Source: Candidatus Omnitrophota bacterium (GTDB lineage: Bacteria > Omnitrophota > Gorgyraeia > Zapsychrales > Zapsychraceae). Taken from it: a DNA stretch of 64,000 bases. Positions 50,289-57,544 of this stretch are shown here, piece after piece. The notes beneath the pieces were generated by a model. The model saw only the letters and a list, made by a program, of their open reading frames with translations, searched no databases and was not told the DNA's origin. Made by a program: the position numbers and the translations under genes. Each line of letters opens with the position of its first letter. Position 1 is the stretch's first letter. Where the stretch lies: contig JADFYJ010000001.1 in NCBI GenBank assembly GCA_015233115.1, positions 3,084 through 67,083 of the forward strand. Reading direction: 5' to 3'.

Positions 50289-50411
50289 GCGCGCGGTTGG
50301 GGCGGTTTGCATTTAAACCAAATCCTTCGCTCAAACAGCAGCTCCTAAGCGGAGCTGAACTCGCTCGGGGATTCGGTTTCAACGCAAACCTTGTGTATGG
50401 GGCACGCGATT
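50289..50411 (+). repeat. R1 structured element, copy 6
   Basis: gcgcgcggttggggcggtttgcatttaaaccaaatccttcgctcaaacagcagctcctaagcggagctgaactcgctcggggattcggtttcaacgcaaacc...ggcacgcgatt. Confidence 0.85.
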
Positions 50412-50491
50412 GAGGATGTACGTGAAGATATCGACATTTTATTACTTGGTTACTTTGTCACTATCAAAATTAATATATAAACGGAGGCAAT

Positions 50492-51373
50492 ATGGAAGAA
50501 TTTAAGAAGCATAAAAAGATCGAATCAAAAGAAAAGCAAGACGATATTTTTGAAAAAGCCGAAGAAATCGATGAGGCTGATGAAATTGAAGAAGAGGAAG
50601 AAGTCGAAGAAAATGACGACGAAGAAGTTGTAGTGAAAAAGGCTAAGAAATCCGGAAAATCTAAGAAGTCTAAAAAAGTCAATGTTAATGACACGATCAA
50701 ACATAAGATTCGATTGACAGCGCACGCCTCTCTTTCCGTCGCGGAACGAATTATCAATGGCCTTACGAATGCGTATCAAAATGTGTTTGTGCCGCCTAAA
50801 GAAACTGAATCCAGTTTTAATAAAGATCAGGGCAATAAATATTTTGATAAAGCTGAGTACGAAAAGGCGAAAGACTATTTTTTGCTTTATATCGACGATG
50901 GCCATGAGCAGGACGCGGAAATTTTGTTTATGATCGGCGTTTGTTTTAAAAATATTCAGCAGTACAAAGAAGCTATGGTGTATTTAAAAAAGGCTGAAAA
51001 AATAAATAAAGATGACGCGGATATTATTGCTGAGTTAAGCGATTGTCTTATTCAGTTAGAAAATTACGCGGAAGCGATTGGTTATCTGACTAAGGTCATC
51101 GATGTTCATTCGGATGACAGCTATCTCTATTATAATTTAGGGACGTGTTACGAAAAAACCGAACAGCTGGAAGAAGCAAAAAAGTCTTATAAGAAAGCCA
51201 TTGACCTTGACCCGCGTGAAGTTGTATATTATCAGGCTCTGGGTTTTATTTATGAGAATTCCGGCAATCATAAAGACGCCATCGCGTGTTTCAAAAAAGC
51301 CATGGATATAGAAAAAAGCACCCAAAGATCGTCGACGGGGGGGGGCACTAAAAAAGAATCACAAAAGGCTTGA
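50492..51373 (+). CDS. TPR-repeat protein with acidic N-terminal extension (MamA-like candidate)
   Basis: ~5 TPR units (YFDKAEYEKAKDYF..., GVCFKNIQQYKEAMVYLKKA..., YNLGTCYEKTEQLEEAKKSYKKAIDLDP...); N-terminal EEIDEADEIEEEEEVEENDDEE. Confidence 0.6.
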   Translation: MEEFKKHKKIESKEKQDDIFEKAEEIDEADEIEEEEEVEENDDEEVVVKKAKKSGKSKKSKKVNVNDTIKHKIRLTAHASLSVAERIINGLTNAYQNVFVPPKETESSFNKDQGNKYFDKAEYEKAKDYFLLYIDDGHEQDAEILFMIGVCFKNIQQYKEAMVYLKKAEKINKDDADIIAELSDCLIQLENYAEAIGYLTKVIDVHSDDSYLYYNLGTCYEKTEQLEEAKKSYKKAIDLDPREVVYYQALGFIYENSGNHKDAIACFKKAMDIEKSTQRSSTGGGTKKESQKA

Positions 51374-51493
51374 ACAAGCTGACAAAAAAAGTGATACTGT
51401 GACAACGCAATAAAGATGTTTTTTGTGGATCCCCGATTCAAGCATTCGGGGATGACATATTTAATTTTAATTTATTTTTTGTTTTTACTACAT

Positions 51494-51533
51494 ACGACAT
51501 GCTACATACTACATGCTAGTCGAAAGGTAATTT
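51494..51533 (+). promoter_or_regulatory. conserved upstream motif shared by both lemA-family genes (cgacatgctacat..ctacatgc..tcgaaagg)
   Basis: compare 1475-1528 upstream of lemA: cgacatgctacatgccatgtactacatgcgtgaataatcgaaaggag. Confidence 0.4.
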
Positions 51534-52325
51534 ATGGTTAATAGAATGTCTGCGAATTTGAAGCGGCTTTTTCCGAAAGATTTGGAAGAGCTTAAGCCGG
51601 TTAAAATACATTGGTGGAGTAAAATCGATTTTAGCAATTTACAAAAAAAAGAAGGCCAGTGGATGATCATTGCGGCTTTGATCATTATCCTTCCGGGGAT
51701 TTATTACTACAATAAATTCATCGGGCTGTCCCGCTTTACAGAAATGGAACAGCATCAGATCGAAGTCCAATTACAGAGAAGAAGAAATCTTTCTGTTAAT
51801 TTAGCAAAAATGGTGCTTGCGTACGCCGAGCATGAACGGGTGATGTATGAATACATGGCTGACAAGCGGGCCGCGACTTTGCAAAAAACTGACACTCTGC
51901 TTGATTCACTTAAAAAGAGCGGGTTGGGTGATTTGTCAAAAATAAAGCCTAGCGATATGGAAGGCGCTTTATCTAAATTTATGGCATTGGCTGAAGCTTA
52001 CCCGGACCTTAAATTAAGCACAAATTTTCAGGATTTGATGAATGCGTTAGTGATCAGCGAAAACCGCATCGCAGATAGTCGCATGGAATATAATAAAGCC
52101 GCCAGCCTTTTTCATGCCGCTGTTCGTGAAATTCCCGCGTGTGTGTACGCGTTTATTTTCGGATATCATGAGAAACAGTTTCATTACGCGTCAGTTGATA
52201 AAGATCTTGATAAACCGAATTTAATAGATTATGAAGTGCCGAAAACACCGAATGAAGTACCAGCGCAGATTGATTTACTAAAAGTAGGGACTGAAGCACC
52301 GAAAATACCGTATGTAGTGAAGTGA
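51534..52325 (+). CDS. LemA-family membrane protein, MamQ-like
   Basis: TM then LemA core (FTEMEQHQIEVQLQRRRNLSVNL...YPDLK); 263 aa; second LemA paralog, inside the MGC. Confidence 0.7.
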   Translation: MVNRMSANLKRLFPKDLEELKPVKIHWWSKIDFSNLQKKEGQWMIIAALIIILPGIYYYNKFIGLSRFTEMEQHQIEVQLQRRRNLSVNLAKMVLAYAEHERVMYEYMADKRAATLQKTDTLLDSLKKSGLGDLSKIKPSDMEGALSKFMALAEAYPDLKLSTNFQDLMNALVISENRIADSRMEYNKAASLFHAAVREIPACVYAFIFGYHEKQFHYASVDKDLDKPNLIDYEVPKTPNEVPAQIDLLKVGTEAPKIPYVVK

Positions 52326-52330
52326 TAAAA

Positions 52331-52365
52331 AATTATAATGTTGGTTTTTGGTTGATGGTTTTTGG
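52331..52365. repeat. GTTG heptad array
   Basis: atgttggtttttggttgatggtttttggataaag. Confidence 0.55.
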
Positions 52366-52435
52366 ATAAAGAATAAATGTTATTTCAAAAAATAAAGAAA
52401 CTATGAACTATTAACCGTGAAACTTGGAGAACCCA

Positions 52436-54238
52436 ATGGCGATAAATATCCGAAAATCTTTGCAAGAAGATAAGCTGGCACGAGTCAAAAGCTTTCCGTT
52501 TTTGGAAACAGCTATTGTCTTGGTCGTCATCGTGATTCTGACCGCGCTTTTTCTGGATACCCGCAATGCGCCGCAACCCGGAGCGCCGCGTTTCGCGCAA
52601 GCAGGGGGTACCAACGCCATTGAATTTGATATCATCACAGTTAATACGATTATCGCGAAAGATTTTAATCTGCCGACTGTTTCTGGAGTATTGGTGAACA
52701 ATGTTCCGACCGGTTCTGCCCGCCGGCTGATTGATATCCGCCGCGGAGATGTGATTTTGAAATACAATAATGTTGATGTCCAGTCCGCGAATCATTTAGC
52801 GTATTTGATGTCTCAGAATAAATCCGGCGATACCATCAGTTTTGTTGTGTCGCGAAATGGCAGAGTACTAAATATGTCTTATAAAATTCCCGCGAATGCC
52901 GGTATTGATCTTTTCGGTGAGAGCGGCAGGAATATTCTCGTGGTGCTGGTGATCGTGATTGTTACCTTTACCATGCTTTTTCTCAATCTTTTTAACCGGA
53001 CGGTATGTGTGACGTTGGGCGCGGTTTTGATGTTGGTTGCGGGTTCAGTCTTTGGTTTTTATAATCAGAGCGAAGCGTTTGATTCTATCCGCATGAGCCC
53101 GATATTTATTTTTATGGGCATGAGTATTTTTGCTATTTTTCTTGAAGATCTGCGGTTCTTTGAATATGTGGCTAAAAAGATTGTCGTGGTTTCAAAAGCT
53201 GACGCGATCAAGGTTGTTTTTTCAATGTGTATTTTTACATTTATCGCTTCGGCTTTAGTCAATAATATTTCGGTTATTTTGGTTATAGTCCCAATCACCA
53301 TTTACGTCGCACGGGGCATGAGTTTTGATCCTATTCCGGTCGTTATCGCGGAAGTTATGTCGTCGGTCATTGGTGGCAATATGACGCCGATTGGCGATTT
53401 TTCGAACATGTTAATGGCCTCCAGCGCCGGCTTGACATTCCTGAATTTTTTGGTAGTGATGGGCCCTATCTGCATTATATTTCTAGCTGTGTTTCTCTGG
53501 TATCTTTGGTATTTTGAGTTGCGGAATATGAAAAAGGTCAAATCTTTAAAGATGGAAAAAGAATTTTTGACCAAATTCGAGAATGAGCTTAAAGCTATGC
53601 ATATGGATTGGCTTAATATCAAAAAAGTCCTTCTGATTCTGGGAGGGGTTTTGGTAGCTTTTATCGTATTACCGTTTTTTAAAGTGCATCTAGCACCAAT
53701 CGCTTTAGGCGGGGGCTTCCTTTTATTAGCCATTGAAAATCATAAGGCGAAAGAAGTTTTAAAAAAGATCAGCTTGACCGATATTTTATTTTTTGTCGCG
53801 CTTTTTTTGATCGTCGGAGGTGCTTTATACGCAGGCCTTTTGAAAGTTATTTCTGATGCGTTAATTTCCATGTCTATGGGCAATAAACTTTTATATCCTA
53901 TCCTGTTAATGATCGCCACTGCTGTGTTTACTGCGCTTTTAAATTCTGGACCAGCGACCGCGTTTTTAGTCCCGATTGTTTTAGCGTCTGGTTTCGCGGA
54001 TTTTTCTGATGTGGTGTGGTGGGCTCTGAATTTGGGATCTATCGCCGGAGCATGCGCGTGTATTTCCGGAGCCAGCGCTGGTATTATTGCGCAAACCTTG
54101 GTCGAGGAGCAGGTGACTGATTTTAAAAATAAAGAAGGTTTGACTTTTAAAAGTTATAGCCGCCGGGGAATTCCGGTTGCTATTATTATTCTCGTCATTT
54201 CAAGTCTTTATTTAGCTTTATTAAGCATTATCCCCTAG
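52436..54238 (+). CDS. PDZ domain fused to an ArsB/NhaD-type ion permease (MamN-like candidate)
   Basis: ATG 52436 with GGAGA RBS; N-terminal TM + PDZ (VSGVLVNNVPTGSARRLIDIRRGDVI), then ~11 TM with GPATAFLVPIV and SGASAGIIAQ anion-permease-like loops. Confidence 0.55.
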   Translation: MAINIRKSLQEDKLARVKSFPFLETAIVLVVIVILTALFLDTRNAPQPGAPRFAQAGGTNAIEFDIITVNTIIAKDFNLPTVSGVLVNNVPTGSARRLIDIRRGDVILKYNNVDVQSANHLAYLMSQNKSGDTISFVVSRNGRVLNMSYKIPANAGIDLFGESGRNILVVLVIVIVTFTMLFLNLFNRTVCVTLGAVLMLVAGSVFGFYNQSEAFDSIRMSPIFIFMGMSIFAIFLEDLRFFEYVAKKIVVVSKADAIKVVFSMCIFTFIASALVNNISVILVIVPITIYVARGMSFDPIPVVIAEVMSSVIGGNMTPIGDFSNMLMASSAGLTFLNFLVVMGPICIIFLAVFLWYLWYFELRNMKKVKSLKMEKEFLTKFENELKAMHMDWLNIKKVLLILGGVLVAFIVLPFFKVHLAPIALGGGFLLLAIENHKAKEVLKKISLTDILFFVALFLIVGGALYAGLLKVISDALISMSMGNKLLYPILLMIATAVFTALLNSGPATAFLVPIVLASGFADFSDVVWWALNLGSIAGACACISGASAGIIAQTLVEEQVTDFKNKEGLTFKSYSRRGIPVAIIILVISSLYLALLSIIP

Positions 54239-54247
54239 GAGGATTAG

Positions 54248-55267
54248 ATGAGCAGTGAAAGCAATGAATTTAAAGATAATTGGGTAGCTTACGCGAAAAT
54301 AGGCGGGGCTATCTTAATCATAATTATTGGGTTGATCGCGATGTTCAGTTCGTCAACACCGAAAGGGCCAGTGGCCGCACAGACGATGCAAGTCGCAGCG
54401 GTCGGCGCAGCACCAGGTGCAGTTGCAGGCACTGCGGTTGATTTGCCAGCTTGGTGGATATTGCTTTTGTCCGGTTTTGCGATTGGATGTTACGGGACTA
54501 TCGTAGGTATTGGCGGCGGGCCGATTATTCTGCCATTGTTAGTTTTCTTTTATGGGTGGGAAAATGAACTTTTAGTCGCGACCTCACTTTTTATTGTATT
54601 GTTAAATGCCGGCTCAGGCTGTGCCGGGTACGCGTCTCAAAAACGTATTGATTATAAAGGTGGTATCAAATTTACCTTGGCAGCCATGCCCGGAGCATTG
54701 ATATCGAGTTTTACGCATCATTTGGTTAACCTGACTTTTTTTAATGTTATTTTCGGTATCTTTTTGATCTTCCTGGCTGTTTATACAATTTTCAGCATTG
54801 GCAAATTAAAGAAAGATGAGACCCAGGATCCGGAATATGTGAAAGAAGCAAAAGCTTCTGGATTTCGCCGTGTTAAATTTATGGATAATTTCGGAGTTAA
54901 GTATGATTTTTACGCGAATGATGGTTTAGGTATCGCGATGAATCTTTTGCTGGGTTTTTTCTGCGGGTTTCTAGGCATTGGCGGCGGGGTGTTTCAAGTT
55001 CCGATTCTGATATTTTTGTTAAGATATCCGTCGCATATCGCGACCGCAACCAGCCACTTTGTAACTCTGTTGACTTGCGCGATCGCGCTGTTACCGCACG
55101 TATTTTTAGGTAATGTCTGTTACGCGGAAGCCATATGGATGGGCATTGGCGTTATTGTAGGCGCTCAAGCCGGAGCGCGCATAGCACCGAAGTTGAACAC
55201 GAAAATCACTTTGTATTTATTCGTGATCATTTTAGTGGTGCTGGCAATAAAATTATTCTTGGTGTAG
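54248..55267 (+). CDS. TauE/SafE-family permease (MamO-Cter-like)
   Basis: duplicated GIGGGPIILPLL / GIGGGVFQVPIL motifs typical of TauE/SafE; GGAGG RBS. Confidence 0.7.
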   Translation: MSSESNEFKDNWVAYAKIGGAILIIIIGLIAMFSSSTPKGPVAAQTMQVAAVGAAPGAVAGTAVDLPAWWILLLSGFAIGCYGTIVGIGGGPIILPLLVFFYGWENELLVATSLFIVLLNAGSGCAGYASQKRIDYKGGIKFTLAAMPGALISSFTHHLVNLTFFNVIFGIFLIFLAVYTIFSIGKLKKDETQDPEYVKEAKASGFRRVKFMDNFGVKYDFYANDGLGIAMNLLLGFFCGFLGIGGGVFQVPILIFLLRYPSHIATATSHFVTLLTCAIALLPHVFLGNVCYAEAIWMGIGVIVGAQAGARIAPKLNTKITLYLFVIILVVLAIKLFLV

Positions 55268-55288
55268 CCAATAACAGGAGGAACAGTT

Positions 55289-55471
55289 ATGGAATCAATT
55301 TTATTTATTTTAATTGCTCTTTTAGACATTATTGCCATTGTGGATGTGCTGCGAGGTGGTTTATCGGGAGCTAAAAAAATTTTATGGATCGTTTTTATCG
55401 TCATAACTTTTGGATTAGGAATGTTTCTGTATTTTTTGTTAGGCCGTCCGGATCAGGTGCAAAATAATTAA
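55289..55471 (+). CDS. small membrane protein (PLDc_N-like, 60 aa)
   Basis: two TM, KKILWIVFIV...GLGMFLYFLLGR pattern; AGGAGG RBS. Confidence 0.4.
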   Translation: MESILFILIALLDIIAIVDVLRGGLSGAKKILWIVFIVITFGLGMFLYFLLGRPDQVQNN

Positions 55472-55472
55472 T

Positions 55473-55770
55473 ATTGAGTGACCGAGTAACCGAGTAACCG
55501 AGTAACAATGTGACAGAGTAAAAGCGATTGGCAAAACCTAGCTATTTGAAGAATTATTGCAAAAAAAATGCAGGCAGCTCAGAATTTGAAAGAAGAACGG
55601 CGAAAATAAATCGCATGGCTCAATGCGGGTAAATATTTTAAGCTTTGGTTTACAGTATTTGTTAAGTTTTTTTTATTGTTATTTTTACTTTAAGTTTTTT
55701 TAATTGAAGCTTTTTCGAATTATTTTACTTTGTTACTTGGTTACTCGGTTACTCGGTTACTTTTTCAAAG
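55473..55770. repeat. GTNAC octamer-array cassette bracketing an AT-rich spacer
   Basis: gtgaccgagtaaccgagtaaccgagtaacaatgtgacagagtaaaagcgattgg ... ttttactttgttacttggttactcggttactcggttact then an AGGAG RBS. Confidence 0.75.
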
Positions 55771-55778
55771 GAGTCAAG

Positions 55779-56345
55779 ATGAAGAAAGAAGTTTTTATCA
55801 GCATTTGCGGCGTGGCTTTTTTAATTATGCTTTTGGTCGCTATTTTTAATAATCGAACAGTCCAGGACGTGAGTAATGATGCTTTGCACGAAGTCACGAC
55901 CGCGGATATGTTTAAACAAAGCGCTTATACGCCTGGCGCGAATTGCCCGGTGGGAAGTCAACAGTATTACGCTAATCAAGGCGGAGCTGGACAGCAAATC
56001 GCTATGACGACGACACAAGGTCCTGCTATCGGAGCAGGGCAGGATGCGCCGGTGTTGATCAAAATTATGGGTGTTGAAGCCATACAGGTTGGCGGTGGCA
56101 AAGTCAAAATTACCGGCGTTATGGGAAGTTCATGGGCTGAAAAAGCTCAACTTAAGACGGGCGATATTTTGTTGACATTTAATACAAAAGAAATTACTAG
56201 CTTAGAACAATTCCAAACTTTGTTGACTAAAGCGCCTCCCGAAAAAGACGCCAAAATTACATATATGCGCGGCGCAAGAAAAAAGAAGGGCATAATTTTT
56301 ATAGGCGAAGGCGAAATGGAAGGCTTTACACCAATACCGAAATAA
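55779..56345 (+). CDS. membrane-anchored PDZ-domain protein
   Basis: start at ATG 55779 (MKKEVF, AAGGAG RBS; the ORF-track start lies in the repeat); TM + PDZ (VKITGVMGSSWAEKAQLKTGDILLTFNTKEI). Confidence 0.6.
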   Translation: MKKEVFISICGVAFLIMLLVAIFNNRTVQDVSNDALHEVTTADMFKQSAYTPGANCPVGSQQYYANQGGAGQQIAMTTTQGPAIGAGQDAPVLIKIMGVEAIQVGGGKVKITGVMGSSWAEKAQLKTGDILLTFNTKEITSLEQFQTLLTKAPPEKDAKITYMRGARKKKGIIFIGEGEMEGFTPIPK

Positions 56346-56451
56346 AAAATGGTGTCTGTTCTCGGCTGAGCTTTGGCGTTCGGAAGCTAGCTGGCGATCC
56401 GTTTTCATTTCGAACCAATTGTTTCAGGTCGAGATCTGACACCATTTTTTT
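56345..56451 (+). terminator. large hairpin element, copy 2 (terminator-like, followed by a T-run)
   Basis: aaaaaatggtgtctgttctcgg ... gtcgagatctgacaccattttttt; homologous to 43313-43421, including the loop sequence. Confidence 0.45.
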
Positions 56452-56527
56452 ATTTTTAATTTTTTTTACCCTAAAATGTTGAATAAGTAGAATAAGTATA
56501 ATACGTTGAATTTATATTGGAGACATT

Positions 56528-56932
56528 ATGAAAGAATATTTTTCCACAGTTGAAGCAGCCAAGATCTGCAGTGTCACTAGATTTTCCGTAATCAATTGGG
56601 TCAAAAAAGGCATTCTAAAAAGCACGGCAACTCCCGGCGGCCATCGTCGTATTCACCGGGCTGATCTGCTGGCGTTCATAAAAACTTATAAGATTGGCCT
56701 TAATGTATTTAAATCGGAAGAATTGGTCGGCATGCAAGCGGACTTCATCCGCTGTTGGGAATTTCATCAGGCTGACAAAAAAACCGGAGCGCACAATTGT
56801 AAGTTGTGTGTGGTTTTTTTGTCTGACACGAAAAAATGTTATACCCTCCGGACGCATGTGAGCCATCAAAAAATATTCTGTAAAACCTCATGTTTGGAAT
56901 GTGGTTACTATAAAAAAATTCATATTGATTAA
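56528..56932 (+). CDS. excisionase/MerR-type HTH protein with C-terminal Cys/His-rich region (MamR-like candidate)
   Basis: FSTVEAAKICSVTRFSVINWVKKGIL...PGGHRRI; paralog of the 29708 ORF; C-terminus has CKLC...C..C. Confidence 0.55.
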   Translation: MKEYFSTVEAAKICSVTRFSVINWVKKGILKSTATPGGHRRIHRADLLAFIKTYKIGLNVFKSEELVGMQADFIRCWEFHQADKKTGAHNCKLCVVFLSDTKKCYTLRTHVSHQKIFCKTSCLECGYYKKIHID

Positions 56933-56966
56933 TGTGTGAAATTTTTTTCAATGAAAGGTTAAATAC

Positions 56967-57533
56967 ATGAAAAACGAATCAAAAAAAGTGTCTTGTAAAT
57001 CGGGGTCTTGTTCAGATTCAATTGCTAAAAAAGTATGGCTTGTCGTAGGCGCAGTTGTTGTGTTGGCGGTTTTGTTTTGCGCTGCCATGTTTAAAACAAA
57101 AAACTTTTTGCCTCCTGGTGCCGTAGCATCAACGCGCAGTGCGCAGCAGGCAGCATATGTACCATTTTGCGGGGTACGCGGCGGTCAGCAAGCTGCTTTT
57201 CAACAAAATAACGGGATAATTCATTGCCCTCGATGCAATTTTGATTATAACGATTCAACTGCGGTTAACCGTGGTTTTTCGCGTTGTCCGCGTTGTCAGG
57301 GATATATTTCATGTAGGAATCAGAATGGCGGGGGATTTAGAAATGTTGCCTTAACGCAGCCGGTATCCGCGCCGCCAATTTTTAGGGATGCTCTCATGCC
57401 GCATGAATTTCGCGGAGTTTGTGAAAATTGCCATGTGGTTAATCCGGATATTACGATACCCATTTCATCAACACAAATGCCGCATGAATATCGTGGTGTT
57501 TGTTCTAATTGCCATACCATATTGGGCGGGTAA
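56967..57533 (+). CDS. double-magnetochrome protein with zinc ribbon (MamT/MamX-like)
   Basis: TM; CPRCNFDYND...CPRCQGY ribbon; MPHEFRGVCENCH and MPHEYRGVCSNCH. Confidence 0.65.
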   Translation: MKNESKKVSCKSGSCSDSIAKKVWLVVGAVVVLAVLFCAAMFKTKNFLPPGAVASTRSAQQAAYVPFCGVRGGQQAAFQQNNGIIHCPRCNFDYNDSTAVNRGFSRCPRCQGYISCRNQNGGGFRNVALTQPVSAPPIFRDALMPHEFRGVCENCHVVNPDITIPISSTQMPHEYRGVCSNCHTILGG

Positions 57534-57544
57534 GAAAGGTAACT

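Noticed and set aside
50525-50905. 126-aa minus-strand ORF opposite the TPR gene N-terminus
   Set aside because: It is antisense to the GAA/GAT-rich acidic region and gives a phenylalanine-rich low-complexity translation. It is spurious.
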